DNA of 64,000 nt, from the NCBI GenBank assembly GCA_048498735.1, contig JBEHXK010000005.1:69130-133129 (forward strand), written 5' to 3'. The position numbers and the translations under genes were made by a program. The notes beneath the pieces were generated by a model that saw only the letters and a list, made by a program, of their open reading frames with translations, was not told where the DNA came from and did no database searches. The DNA comes from Pseudomonadota bacterium. Lineage in GTDB: Bacteria; Pseudomonadota; Alphaproteobacteria; Rickettsiales; UBA8987. This document shows, one piece after another, positions 17,901 through 28,330 of this stretch; position 1 is the first letter of the stretch; each line of letters starts with the position of its first letter.

Positions 17901-19352
17901 TTATAATTGTTCCGGCAGCTTTGCCGCCATTGTAGTGATGGAACCGGCCCCCATGCAGACCACTACATCATTTTGGTTTATAAGGCTTTTCAGGCGCGTA
18001 GTTAAATCTGCATCATTCTGAAGCGCCTCAACTTTTTTGCCCTTGGCAGCAACCGCTTTTGCAAGTGCGAATTGATCGACACCGTCGATCGGTGTTTCAC
18101 CCGCAGAATAAACCGGAAGTATTAAAACTTCATCGGCATTTGAAAAACAATCACTGAACTGATCGAACAGATTTTCCAGGCGTGTATATCTGTGCGGCTG
18201 CATAACAGCGATAACGCGACCATTCCTGCCATCAAGATATTGACGCGCGGCATTCAGTGTTGCGTTGATCTCAACCGGGTGGTGGGCATAATCATCAACT
18301 ATGGTTGCGCCTTTGGCCTCACCCACGATGGTGAATCTTCTCTTAACACCACCAAATGTGCTGAGTGCTTTCTGGATAACTTTAATATCGATCTTGATAC
18401 CAAGTGCTACGGCAATTGCGGCGAGTGAATTTGAAACATTATGGATGCCGACCGCCGGAATTTCGAAGGTGAATTCCTTCTCGTCATCAGCAAGGCCAAA
18501 TAATGCCGGTTTAACCACAACGGTGAAAATTGACTTGCTGTTTTCCTGCGCAATTTTGGTTGCGCGGATATCTGCAGCACGATCGTTCTTGATCGAGTAA
18601 GTAAAGATGCGGCGATCTTCGATGCGTTTTACCAGGTCACGCACTACCGGGTGATCGATATTCATCACACCAAAACCATAGAATGGCAGTTGCGTCATGA
18701 AACGCACGAAGGCATCATGCAGGGAATTAAGATCTTTCCAGTAATCCATATGTTCAGGATCAATATTGGTGGTGACACCAATTGTTGCAGGAATTTTAAT
18801 GAAAGTGCCATCACTCTCATCTGCTTCCGCGACCAGCCAATCGCCCTCACCCAGTTTTGCATTGGTGCCGAGGTTATTTATCACACCGCCATTGATGATG
18901 GTTGGCTCCAAGCCCGCAACATCAAATATATGGCCGATAAGCGAAGTGGTTGTGGTTTTACCGTGCGAGCCAGAGATCGCGACTGTTGCTTTCAGTTTAG
19001 TTAGTTCTGCAAGCATTTCAGAACGTTTTACGATCGGGATCTTTTTCTCTTTCGCGGCGATTATTTCCGGATTGATATTCAGAACCGCAGTTGATTTAAC
19101 AATGATAGAAGCGCCATCAATATTCTTCGCATCATGACCAATATGAACTTCAATGCCAAGCCCGCGCAGGCGTTTTACGTTATAATTATCGCTTAAATCA
19201 GAGCCGCTGACCTTATAACCGAGATTATGCAAAATCTCTGCCATGCCGCTCATACCGATGCCGCCAATGCCGATGAAATGGATGGTACCGATATCAAACG
19301 GAATGGTTTTTAAATTCAGTGCATCATATTTTTTCTTTAATGGCTGGCTCAT
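17901..19352 (-). CDS. murC: UDP-N-acetylmuramate--L-alanine ligase
   Basis: GIGGIGMSGMAE and GSHGKTTTTS Mur-ligase motifs. 483 aa. Confidence 0.95.
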   Translation of the reverse strand: MSQPLKKKYDALNLKTIPFDIGTIHFIGIGGIGMSGMAEILHNLGYKVSGSDLSDNYNVKRLRGLGIEVHIGHDAKNIDGASIIVKSTAVLNINPEIIAAKEKKIPIVKRSEMLAELTKLKATVAISGSHGKTTTTSLIGHIFDVAGLEPTIINGGVINNLGTNAKLGEGDWLVAEADESDGTFIKIPATIGVTTNIDPEHMDYWKDLNSLHDAFVRFMTQLPFYGFGVMNIDHPVVRDLVKRIEDRRIFTYSIKNDRAADIRATKIAQENSKSIFTVVVKPALFGLADDEKEFTFEIPAVGIHNVSNSLAAIAVALGIKIDIKVIQKALSTFGGVKRRFTIVGEAKGATIVDDYAHHPVEINATLNAARQYLDGRNGRVIAVMQPHRYTRLENLFDQFSDCFSNADEVLILPVYSAGETPIDGVDQFALAKAVAAKGKKVEALQNDADLTTRLKSLINQNDVVVCMGAGSITTMAAKLPEQL

Positions 19353-19355
19353 TTC

Positions 19356-20420
19356 CTACTCAAAAATTGTAACGGTGTTTTTATCACGCAGTTTTTTCGA
19401 CGATGAAAAACCTTGTGAATATTTAATCTTCTGCTGCTTACTATCATGCTTAACTGATATGGAACGCAAGATGGAATTCACCAAAAATGTAAAGCCGACA
19501 GCATTTATTTTCTGATCGTTGAACGAAATACGATATCTGCCACCGCGCCCAATTTCATCATAGGTTTTGCGCGAAATGAAAGAATAGCACAGGCCCGAAT
19601 GATAGCCGAAATTCATCACTTCCAGAAGGTTCAGGCTGATGCTCAAATCATCAACTGAAGATGAAAGTTTTTTGATTATAGCTAAAACATTTTCAAAAAT
19701 CTCATTCACTTCCTTCGAGATTTTTAATGCCTTCAATTTACCAAGAATATCAACTGCTGATTTCAGATCATATGCTTTGTCGGAAAGTTTCATCACCTTA
19801 ACCAGATCAGAAAATCTTTTATCTTTCTCCAAAGATTTTATATCTTTTTCCTCGATCTGTTTTGTAACTGCGAGAAGTTCTTTCTTGCTGAGTTTTTGTG
19901 ATTTAAGAATTATCGAAGCAAGTTTTGGATAGCAGAGATCAACGGTAAAATCCTTCAAACCAGCCTTGTTCAGAGTTTCAATTGCAATATAAAGCACTTC
20001 CGCATCGCGGTTGTTATCATCACCTGCGATAAGCTCATAGCCGGTTTGTGTCAGCTGCCTTTCAGTAAACTTGCCAGAGCCATATTTGCGCACCACCTGG
20101 CCGGTATATGCAAGACGGATGATCTTATTCAGCGCCTTTTCGCCGTAGCGATCTTTCACGATGCGGACTATCTGCGGAGTGATGTCATTACGCACCACCA
20201 TCATTTTTCCTGAGATGGGATCTGTCACTTTAAAGAAATCAGAGGTGAATTCCTTATCCAGGCTTTCCTCAAACTCCATCAAAGCCGGGCGCACCAGCTC
20301 ATATCCGAACAGGGAAAGGTTATTCACCAGCATGGAATTAAGGCGCATCTCATGGCTTGCTTCAGGCGAAAGATGATCATGAAACCCTTGAGGTAAAAGA
20401 CTTTTTTTATTATCAGCCAT
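19356..20420 (-). CDS. HisZ-like protein (HisRS-type class II aaRS core without anticodon-binding domain)
   Basis: 354 aa. Motif-2-like region RLAYTGQVVRK...ERQLTQTGYELIAG. The length and missing C-terminal domain fit the ATP phosphoribosyltransferase regulatory subunit architecture. No hisG is present in the window. Confidence 0.65.
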   Translation of the reverse strand: MADNKKSLLPQGFHDHLSPEASHEMRLNSMLVNNLSLFGYELVRPALMEFEESLDKEFTSDFFKVTDPISGKMMVVRNDITPQIVRIVKDRYGEKALNKIIRLAYTGQVVRKYGSGKFTERQLTQTGYELIAGDDNNRDAEVLYIAIETLNKAGLKDFTVDLCYPKLASIILKSQKLSKKELLAVTKQIEEKDIKSLEKDKRFSDLVKVMKLSDKAYDLKSAVDILGKLKALKISKEVNEIFENVLAIIKKLSSSVDDLSISLNLLEVMNFGYHSGLCYSFISRKTYDEIGRGGRYRISFNDQKINAVGFTFLVNSILRSISVKHDSKQQKIKYSQGFSSSKKLRDKNTVTIFE

Positions 20421-20454
20421 AATGTTAGTTTAAGTTTTGCCGGTCCTAATATAC

Positions 20455-20483
20455 TTGAATAACCACAGCAAAACCACTATATT
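20455..20483 (+). promoter_or_regulatory. Sigma70-like promoter upstream of the BI-1/YccA gene
   Basis: TTGAAT (20455-20460), a 17-nt spacer, then TATATT (20478-20483). It is followed by the strong SD AGGAG 7 nt before the ATG at 20522. Confidence 0.45.
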
Positions 20484-20521
20484 ATAGTTGTGCTTAAAAC
20501 AAGCAATTTAGGAGAACAAAG

Positions 20522-21235
20522 ATGGTAGATTTTTCAAACGGCCCTAGGGATTACGCTAACGCGAACCAAGGCGCAACAGTTGATCAGGGCCTGCGTGCCC
20601 ATATGATCAAGGTTTATAACTATATGACATCGGGCCTGGCACTTAGCGGCGCGGTTTCATGGGCGGTTATGAGCAACGCACAATTGGCACATACGGTGAT
20701 GAGCATGAACCTGCTTTGGTTCATCGGCACTATCGTTATGGCTTTCGCGGTTATGCCGCGCATGATGAGCATGAGTGAAGGTGGTGCGAAAATGGCGTTC
20801 TATGGTTATGCGGTTTTATTATCACTGATGATATCACCGATATTCCTGATGTATACGCATGAATCTGTCGCAAGAACATTCTTTATCACAGCCGCAGTTT
20901 TCTTAAGCATGAGCCTTTATGGTTATACTACCAAGAAAGACTTAACCAGTGTTGGCCATTTCGCGATCATGGGCATATGGGGTGTTTTCATCGCAAGCAT
21001 TATCAATATATTCATGCACAGCCCCGCAATTCTTTTCTTCACATCGATCGTTGCGGTTATAGCATCTGTTGGCCTTACAGCCTATGACACGCAAAAGATA
21101 AAGCAGATGTATTTCGTATTCGGCCGTGATGCTACTATGCTTTCACGCGCTGCGATCATGGGCGCGCTGCAGCTTTATTTTGATTTCGTTTATATGTTCA
21201 TCAACCTGCTACAGATCATGGGCAACAGAAGATAA
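20522..21235 (+). CDS. Bax inhibitor-1/YccA-family membrane protein
   Basis: 237 aa with seven hydrophobic segments. Typical N-terminal LRAHMIKVYNYM and C-terminal ALQLYFDFVYMFINLL. Confidence 0.9.
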   Translation: MVDFSNGPRDYANANQGATVDQGLRAHMIKVYNYMTSGLALSGAVSWAVMSNAQLAHTVMSMNLLWFIGTIVMAFAVMPRMMSMSEGGAKMAFYGYAVLLSLMISPIFLMYTHESVARTFFITAAVFLSMSLYGYTTKKDLTSVGHFAIMGIWGVFIASIINIFMHSPAILFFTSIVAVIASVGLTAYDTQKIKQMYFVFGRDATMLSRAAIMGALQLYFDFVYMFINLLQIMGNRR

Positions 21236-21260
21236 TATATAAATCCATATTTTAATGGAA

Positions 21261-21286
21261 AGCCTCGCTATATGCGGGGCTTTTTA
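21261..21286 (+). terminator. Rho-independent terminator after the BI-1/YccA gene
   Basis: Stem AGCCTCGC / GCGGGGCT (one G-U pair), loop TATAT, followed by TTTTTATTT. Confidence 0.7.
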
Positions 21287-21341
21287 TTTGACAAAACCCC
21301 CATCCCCTGCGATTTTGCCTTTTTAATTTATAAGAGAGTCA

Positions 21342-22082
21342 ATGATGTTCAGCTTACAGGGTAAAAAAGCAGTAGTAACAGGTGCAACTGGTGGCATCGG
21401 TGAGGAAATAGCAAAAATATTACACGCACAGGGGTGCGAAGTTACAATCTCTGGCACGCGCGAGGAAAAACTGCAGGAAGTTGCAAAAGCTTTGGGCGCA
21501 AATGTGCATATCGTTCCTGCTAACCTGAAAGATAAAGAATCGGTGAAGAAACTAATTTCCACCGCTGAGGAAAAAATGGGCAAGATAGATATTCTTGTCT
21601 GCAATGCGGGCATTACTAAAGATAATCTTTCAATGCGTATGAGCGAAGAAGATTTCGATGAAGTTATCACTGTGAATTTGAGTTCAACCTTCACACTGAT
21701 TAAATCCGCGATGCGCGGTATGATGAAAAACAGATTCGGCCGTATCATAACTATCGGCTCGATAGTAGGCACTATGGGTAACCCTGGGCAGGCGAATTAT
21801 GTTTCATCTAAAGCGGGTGTGGCAGGGTTGGTTAAATCAATCGCTGCGGAACTTGCATCACGCGGGGTTACAGCAAATAATATTGCACCTGGTTTCATCG
21901 AAACTGCAATGACAGATAAATTAAATGAGGATCAGAAAGGCAAAATGCTTGGCGCTATCCCGATGGGCCGTATGGGCACACCGAAAGATGTGGCTGCTGC
22001 AGTTTGCTTTTTAGCGAGTGAAGAGGCCGCTTATATTACCGGCCAGACCATCCATATAAATGGCGGCATGCTGATGGTTTAA
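21342..22082 (+). CDS. fabG: 3-oxoacyl-[acyl-carrier-protein] reductase
   Basis: SDR motifs TGATGGIG, NAG and YVSSKAG (YxxxK). 246 aa. Confidence 0.93.
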   Translation: MMFSLQGKKAVVTGATGGIGEEIAKILHAQGCEVTISGTREEKLQEVAKALGANVHIVPANLKDKESVKKLISTAEEKMGKIDILVCNAGITKDNLSMRMSEEDFDEVITVNLSSTFTLIKSAMRGMMKNRFGRIITIGSIVGTMGNPGQANYVSSKAGVAGLVKSIAAELASRGVTANNIAPGFIETAMTDKLNEDQKGKMLGAIPMGRMGTPKDVAAAVCFLASEEAAYITGQTIHINGGMLMV

Positions 22083-22087
22083 TACCA

Positions 22088-22888
22088 TTATTGCTTACTG
22101 CTATCAGTTGCGGGCGCCGCAGGAGCTGTGGTTGCCGCTGGGGTTGCTGCTTGAGAAGCAGGTGGGGTTGTTGGAACTGCTGGTGCAGGAGTTGCAGGCT
22201 TATCTGCTTTTGCTACTGCTTTCGGTTTTGCCGTCGCTTTTTTGCTGTCAGATTTTGCAGGCGCTGAATCAGAAGCACTATCAGAATCAGATTTATCAGC
22301 GGGCATATCTTCTGCCTTTATATTGATGTTAACCTTGGTCAGGCGCGCATTAAGCTTAACTATCACCTCATCAGTGATATCAATGCCTTTTTTGCTGTAT
22401 AATAATTGAGAAGTAGGCACCACCATATCAAGGTTCTTTTCTTCAGCCACTTCATAAACAACTTTCAAAGTTTCATCGCGTATAAGTTCCAGGGATTTCA
22501 TGAAAGCAGATTCAACGACCTTCTGTTTGCGCGCAGCTTCTTTACGTTCTGACTGAACCTTGTTCTCGAATTCATTAACTTTTTTTGCAAATGCATCAGC
22601 AGACATTGCAGATTTCTGCTCTGTCAGTTCTTTACGGCGTGTTTGTAATTGTTTGTCGGCAGCTTCGATCTCTTTATAATATTTATCTTTTATACTGTTG
22701 ATCTCATCCTGCGCATCTTTAGAGGCAATAGATTCATCCATCACTTTTTTGATATCAACCACCGCAACTTTCTTAACTTCATAAGCTGAAGGTGTTGCCG
22801 ACACGGCAGAGATATCTGCCGCATTCGCAAACGCCGGAAGCATTGCAGCAAAAAGTGATGCGAGAAGGACGTGCTTTAATCTTAGCAT
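22088..22888 (-). CDS. OmpH/Skp-family periplasmic chaperone with a low-complexity C-terminal tail
   Basis: Signal peptide (..LFAAMLPAFANA) and a K/E/Q-rich coiled-coil core, directly downstream of bamA. The last ~70 aa are Ser/Asp-rich, then Pro/Ala/Thr-rich. Confidence 0.8.
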   Translation of the reverse strand: MLRLKHVLLASLFAAMLPAFANAADISAVSATPSAYEVKKVAVVDIKKVMDESIASKDAQDEINSIKDKYYKEIEAADKQLQTRRKELTEQKSAMSADAFAKKVNEFENKVQSERKEAARKQKVVESAFMKSLELIRDETLKVVYEVAEEKNLDMVVPTSQLLYSKKGIDITDEVIVKLNARLTKVNINIKAEDMPADKSDSDSASDSAPAKSDSKKATAKPKAVAKADKPATPAPAVPTTPPASQAATPAATTAPAAPATDSSKQ

Positions 22889-22903
22889 GACGAGACCTTT
22901 ATA

Positions 22904-25225
22904 TTAGAATTTCGTGCCGAAGCTGAACCTGATGAACTGAGTTTTATCGTAACTCTGTTTCACGATAGGTTCTGCCAGATCAACGCGGATAGGACCAACC
23001 GGTGAACGCCAGAAGATACCAACACCCGTTGATGCCCTGATAGCAGAGCTATCTATGATGTTCGCAGGGTTGAGGGAAGTATCAACACCATATAGATCAG
23101 CAGCATCAGCAAACACAGCACCTTTGATCTGCAGTTCTTCCGGTAGACCCAGAGGGAACATCAGTTCAGTTGATGCAGCATAATATGTGTTACCACCTAG
23201 TGGATCTTGCGTTGTTCTATCGCGAGGGCCGATACCCTGGTTATCAAAACCACGGATCACGGTGCTGCCGATGAAGAAACGATCGTTGATCGCAACATTA
23301 TCGCCAAGGCCGGTGATATTACCCGCACGGCCAGTCAGTTTAAGCACATACTCAGGCATGCTTTCTGCGATAGGCGTGAAGTAGTTCACTTTCAATTCGT
23401 GCTTAATGTAGTCAACATCACCACCCAAACCAGCGATATCCTGGCTGATCGATGCCATCCAACCGTGTGCCGGCAGGAATTGGTTATCAAGCGTGTTGTA
23501 AGTAATGGTATGACCAACAGACGATGTCATTCTTTGACCTAGCTGCTCGACAACGTACACGGAAGCACCAGGCGCCGGATTAGAAACATCATCATGGCGG
23601 ATAGTATAACGAACAGTGTGATCGATATATTCAGTCCACGGATATGTGCCACGCAGCGTCAGACCTGTTGTGGTATTATCGAATGTATAGTTGTTATATG
23701 TATCATCGCGATTGTTCTCGATATGGAAGATATCAAAACCTGCAGCGAAGTTATGATCAAGGAAATATGGTTCAGTGAAACCAAGATCGATCTCTTTACG
23801 CGTTGCAGCCGCAGTCAAATTCGCCCTGACATATTGGCCTTTACCAAGCAGGTTGCGCTCAGTGATGCTGACATCACCTAGTGGACCATCAGAGCTTGAG
23901 AAACCTGCGCCGAATGTTAATTCGCCGGTAGATTGCTCTTCAACTTTAGTGTTCACATTTACGCGATCAGGCTGATCAGTTGCTTCATTGTCGATATCAA
24001 CTTTGCTGAAGAAGCCAAGTGCTTCGATACGTTGTTTTGAACGTTTGATCTTAGATGAGTTATAAGGATCACCTTCAGCGATACGGAATTCGCGGCGGAT
24101 AACTTCATCCTGCGTGCGGGTGTTACCGGTGATGTTGATCTTATTGATATAAACACGCGGGCCTTCTGAAAGAACATATTTCACGCCCATAGTGTTGTTA
24201 GTTTCATCTTTATTATATTGCGGATCGATACGCACGAATGCATAACCGCGATCACCCAGTGCATCGGTCAGGTTGGAAACTGTATCTTCAACCAGTTTGG
24301 CATTATACATTTTGCCTTCACGGGTTTTGATCTGGTCTTTCACCTGATCAAATGTGATATCAGGAATAGAGCTTTCTAAATCAATTTTACCGAATTTATA
24401 GAATTTACCTTCGCTGATAGTGAAGGTGATGTTAAATGATTTTTCTGCCTGGTTATATTCAGCATCTGCAGAAAGGATCTGCACATCAGCATAACCGTTT
24501 GCAGTATAGTAACGGCGTAGTAATTCTTTATCATATTCCAGGCGATCAGGATCATAGATATCATTGCCGCTGAAGAAGCGATACCACCTGCTTTCCTTAG
24601 TGGAAACGATAGATTGTAACTGGCTTTCATCATATGCTTTGTTGCCGATGAATGAAATTTGTTCAACACGTGCGCGTGTGCCTTCATCAACTTTATAAGT
24701 TACGTTAACACGGCCACCATCAAGTTTTTCGATCTTAGGATCAACCTTCACGTTGAAACGACCACTGCGCTGATAAATAGTCAGGATGCGCTTAACATCG
24801 GCCTGAACATCAGATTCTTTATATATGCCGCGCGGCGCAACTTTCAGCTCAGGAGTGATCTTATCAGTGCTGATTTTTTTATTGCCTACGATATTAACTT
24901 CAGAAACCACCAGGTTTTCTTTCACATCAACAACAAGTGTATTGCCTTTAACAGTAAGTTTTAAGTCTTCAAAAAGGCCGGTGTCATACATGCGGCGGAA
25001 TGCGTTATCAAGATCATCCTTAGAGATAGGTTTGCCTTTTGGAACGCTCAAGAATGCTTCAATAGTAGAGGTCTCAACCTTCTGATTGCCATTAACCTGA
25101 ATATTGTTGATAACAATGCCTTCAGATTTCTGATCAGTTTGCACCTGAGGTTTTTCCTGCGCCTGAGCAGCAAAAGCAGATGCTGAGATCAGTGTGAAAA
25201 TAAGAAGGTTTTTCAGTTTTTTCAT
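22904..25225 (-). CDS. bamA: Outer-membrane protein assembly factor BamA
   Basis: 773 aa with a signal peptide, POTRA repeats, a C-terminal beta-barrel and a terminal FSFGTKF. Confidence 0.95.
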   Translation of the reverse strand: MKKLKNLLIFTLISASAFAAQAQEKPQVQTDQKSEGIVINNIQVNGNQKVETSTIEAFLSVPKGKPISKDDLDNAFRRMYDTGLFEDLKLTVKGNTLVVDVKENLVVSEVNIVGNKKISTDKITPELKVAPRGIYKESDVQADVKRILTIYQRSGRFNVKVDPKIEKLDGGRVNVTYKVDEGTRARVEQISFIGNKAYDESQLQSIVSTKESRWYRFFSGNDIYDPDRLEYDKELLRRYYTANGYADVQILSADAEYNQAEKSFNITFTISEGKFYKFGKIDLESSIPDITFDQVKDQIKTREGKMYNAKLVEDTVSNLTDALGDRGYAFVRIDPQYNKDETNNTMGVKYVLSEGPRVYINKINITGNTRTQDEVIRREFRIAEGDPYNSSKIKRSKQRIEALGFFSKVDIDNEATDQPDRVNVNTKVEEQSTGELTFGAGFSSSDGPLGDVSITERNLLGKGQYVRANLTAAATRKEIDLGFTEPYFLDHNFAAGFDIFHIENNRDDTYNNYTFDNTTTGLTLRGTYPWTEYIDHTVRYTIRHDDVSNPAPGASVYVVEQLGQRMTSSVGHTITYNTLDNQFLPAHGWMASISQDIAGLGGDVDYIKHELKVNYFTPIAESMPEYVLKLTGRAGNITGLGDNVAINDRFFIGSTVIRGFDNQGIGPRDRTTQDPLGGNTYYAASTELMFPLGLPEELQIKGAVFADAADLYGVDTSLNPANIIDSSAIRASTGVGIFWRSPVGPIRVDLAEPIVKQSYDKTQFIRFSFGTKF

Positions 25226-25252
25226 GGTTCTTATCCCTTACCCCTAAATTCC

Positions 25253-26374
25253 TTAAGGAAGTTTTATAATATTAAAATGCTTTAAATCATTGAAGGTTGC
25301 AAATACCATCAGGCCCATCAACAACAAAAATCCTGCGCGGAATAAATATTCCTGGGTTTTTTCCGACAATGGCTTGCCCCTTACAGCCTCAATTAAGTAA
25401 AAGAATAAATGGCCGCCGTCAAGCATTGGAATTGGGAAGAGATTCACCAGACCAAGGTTGATGGAAAGTATCGCCATGAACCAAAGCACCATGCGCAAGC
25501 CCTTTTCAACCGATTTACCGGAATATTCCGCGATGCGGATTATACCGCTTATCTCATCAGAGGAACGACGGCCTGTCAGCATCTGGCCGATCGCCTGCAA
25601 TGTATTCGCGGAAATATCATAAGTTTCAGCAACAGAAGCCGCCAGCGCCTTAGGCAGTGGCAATTTATTATAATCTGCGGCATTTGAAGTTACACCTATC
25701 AGGCCAAGCTTTGCCTTATCACCAAACACATCGGTGGTTTCCTGGATCTGCGGAGTGATCTCAGTTTTTATTTCCTTGCCGTCTCTTATATATGTGATCG
25801 GGATCGGCAGGCCGGGGTTAATAGAAACGATCGCCTTGATCTGCTCAAAACGAGCTATATGCGTGCCATCAAGTTCAGTTATTTCATCGCCGGCTTTCAG
25901 GCCGATCTGCGCTGCCGCAGAACCCTCTTTCACCGAATCAAGAATTGGCTTGGTTTCCGGACGGCCATAAAATACGAAAAAGAATGAAAGTATCACGATC
26001 GCTGTCAGGAAGTTAGTGAAAGGCCCTGCAAAAACTATCAGGAACTTTTTCCAGATCTTCTGAAAATAAAATGCATGTTTTTTCTCTTCATCTGTCATGG
26101 TGGCAAGCTTGCCGACATCCGGGTTTGATGCGCCCGATTCATCACCGAACATTTTTACATAGCCGCCCATCGGCAGAATGCTTATTTTCCAGCGCGTGCC
26201 GCTTTTATCATTCCAGCCGAATATCTCACGGCCAAAGCCGATCGAAAAACTTTCGATCTTCACCCCGAATTTTTTAGCAAAAATATAATGGCCGAATTCG
26301 TGGATGAAAACGATCACAGATATGATAACGATGAATGAGAATATATTGTGTAGAGCTAATGTAAGTAATTGCAT
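25253..26374 (-). CDS. rseP: RIP zinc metalloprotease RseP (M50)
   Basis: HEFGH zinc motif in the first TM region, a PDZ region, and NLFPIPMLDGGH near the C-terminus. Confidence 0.92.
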   Translation of the reverse strand: MQLLTLALHNIFSFIVIISVIVFIHEFGHYIFAKKFGVKIESFSIGFGREIFGWNDKSGTRWKISILPMGGYVKMFGDESGASNPDVGKLATMTDEEKKHAFYFQKIWKKFLIVFAGPFTNFLTAIVILSFFFVFYGRPETKPILDSVKEGSAAAQIGLKAGDEITELDGTHIARFEQIKAIVSINPGLPIPITYIRDGKEIKTEITPQIQETTDVFGDKAKLGLIGVTSNAADYNKLPLPKALAASVAETYDISANTLQAIGQMLTGRRSSDEISGIIRIAEYSGKSVEKGLRMVLWFMAILSINLGLVNLFPIPMLDGGHLFFYLIEAVRGKPLSEKTQEYLFRAGFLLLMGLMVFATFNDLKHFNIIKLP

Positions 26375-26376
26375 GT

Positions 26377-27558
26377 TTAAGCAGCCTTTTTTCCGGCCCT
26401 GACGCCGATCAATTGTTTAGCAAGTTCACGCGCCACGATATCGACCTCGTAAACCTGTCCCAAATCCGCAACCGCATTTCTACCAGAAGAAATTATTTTT
26501 TCTACAACCATTTCCACAATATATGGGATTTGTGCAAAACTTATATCGTGGTTGAGAAAGGCTTCGACCGAAACTTCATTAGCTGCATTAAGCGCTATCG
26601 GGGCTTTTGCACCGATATCAAGGGCTTGGCGCGCCAGGCGCAGGCAGTGGAATTTTTCATAGTCCGGCTTTTCAAAGGTTAATGAACCAATTTCAGACAG
26701 ATCAAGTTTTTTAACCGGATGAGCCAATCTTTCAGGATATGAAAGCGCATAGGAAATCGGCGTTTTCATATCAGGTGTGCTTAGGCCCGCAAGCATGGAG
26801 CCATCTTTATATGTAACAAGGCCGTGCACGATCGATTGCGGGTGCACCAGAACATCGATCTGATCTTTCGCAACCGGGAAAAGATAAAAGGCTTCTATAA
26901 CTTCAAGGCCTTTATTCATCATGGTTGCAGAATCAACCGATATTTTTGCGCCCATATTCCAGTTCGGGTGCTTCACCGCCATTTCCGGCGTGACGCTAGC
27001 AAGTTGTTCTTTAGTAAAATTACGGAACGGGCCACCCGATGCAGTAAGTATTATTTTTTCAACATCACTTGCACGCTCAAAATCAAAAACCTGAAAGATG
27101 GAGTTATGCTCAGAATCGATAGGTAATAATTTTACACCTGCTTTTGTAACTTCATTATTCATCAGGTCACCGGCGCAAACTAAACATTCCTTATTTGCAA
27201 GGCCGATATTGCTGCCGGCACGAATCGCTGCGATGGTTGGCTCAAGCGCGCAAAACCCAACCGCAGATGAAATGAACAGATCAACTTTTTCAGATGCACT
27301 TTCAAGCATGGCATCTTTTCCGCAAACTATTTCTATATCAGTACCGGAAAGAAGTTCTTTGAGTTCTTTATATTTAGTTTCATCAACCAATATTGCTTTG
27401 CGCGCATTGAGGCCGCGCGCAAGTGCATTTAGTTTATCGGCACTCTTTTGTGCGATAACGCTTTGCACTTCGAATTTATCAGGATTGCTGCGAACCAGCT
27501 CCGCCGTGTTCTGGCCGATCGTTCCCGTTACACCTAATATGGAAATAGTTTTCTTCAT
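26377..27558 (-). CDS. dxr: 1-deoxy-D-xylulose 5-phosphate reductoisomerase
   Basis: ILGVTGTIGQNT NADPH motif and LPIDSEHNSIFQ. 393 aa. Confidence 0.95.
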   Translation of the reverse strand: MKKTISILGVTGTIGQNTAELVRSNPDKFEVQSVIAQKSADKLNALARGLNARKAILVDETKYKELKELLSGTDIEIVCGKDAMLESASEKVDLFISSAVGFCALEPTIAAIRAGSNIGLANKECLVCAGDLMNNEVTKAGVKLLPIDSEHNSIFQVFDFERASDVEKIILTASGGPFRNFTKEQLASVTPEMAVKHPNWNMGAKISVDSATMMNKGLEVIEAFYLFPVAKDQIDVLVHPQSIVHGLVTYKDGSMLAGLSTPDMKTPISYALSYPERLAHPVKKLDLSEIGSLTFEKPDYEKFHCLRLARQALDIGAKAPIALNAANEVSVEAFLNHDISFAQIPYIVEMVVEKIISSGRNAVADLGQVYEVDIVARELAKQLIGVRAGKKAA

Positions 27559-28280
27559 TATATGTCTGCCCCCATAGCGGCATCACGGCCAGACTGGAAA
27601 GCCATTAATATCAGGAATATCAAACCAGTTACGTTCATCACCAGCAGCAAACCATCAACACGATCAAGCAAACCACCATGACCCGGGATTATATTGCCAG
27701 AATCTTTTACTCCCGCGCGGCGCTTCAACCAAGATTCAAACAGATCACCCAATAAGGCAATGATCGGCACTAATATATGCATCAACAGAACTGTGGTGAA
27801 AACCTGATCAGGGATCGTGCCCGGCCCGAAATCATAAACATAGTTAAGGATGAAAAATACCACTACACAGGCGATCACACCGCCTATGGCACCAGTCCAG
27901 GTTTTGCCGGGGCTTACTGACGGCCAGAGTTTTGGCCCTTGCAGGATTTTACCGAAAAGATAGGAGAATATATCATTTACCCACACCAGAAATGTCAGAA
28001 CAAAAAGCAATGCCGGTATTGATGTGAAGCCTAAGAAATTATAACGCAGGCGTTCAAGGAATAGCATGGTCATGCATGCCAAGCCTATGTAAAAGAAACC
28101 GAAAATATACCAAAGAAAAGGCTGATGAAGTTTTGAAGTTATGCCCACCCACTCATACATGGCGACCAAGAACATCACTGCTACAAGCGCGAAAAAATAC
28201 AATCCGCCAGTATAGATGAGATATACTACCAAAGGTGCCAAAATTAAGGCAGCAAGTGTTCTTTTGACTAGATTTGACAT
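27558..28280 (-). CDS. cdsA: Phosphatidate cytidylyltransferase
   Basis: CDS signature SWLKRRAGVKDSGNIIPGHGGLLDRVD. Polytopic membrane protein. Confidence 0.92.
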   Translation of the reverse strand: MSNLVKRTLAALILAPLVVYLIYTGGLYFFALVAVMFLVAMYEWVGITSKLHQPFLWYIFGFFYIGLACMTMLFLERLRYNFLGFTSIPALLFVLTFLVWVNDIFSYLFGKILQGPKLWPSVSPGKTWTGAIGGVIACVVVFFILNYVYDFGPGTIPDQVFTTVLLMHILVPIIALLGDLFESWLKRRAGVKDSGNIIPGHGGLLDRVDGLLLVMNVTGLIFLILMAFQSGRDAAMGADI

Positions 28281-28330
28281 GCAGTAGTGATATATGTTTA
28301 GCCAAAGTTAGTCTAGCTATATTTACGCTT

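Noticed and set aside
21323-21772. 149-aa minus-strand ORF
   Set aside because: Antisense shadow of fabG.
27098-27577. 159-aa plus-strand ORF, and the similar 37651-38211 ORF (186 aa)
   Set aside because: These are antisense shadows of dxr and of the DUF3576 lipoprotein gene plus the leuS start. The translations are Ser/Ala/Leu-rich with no domain features.
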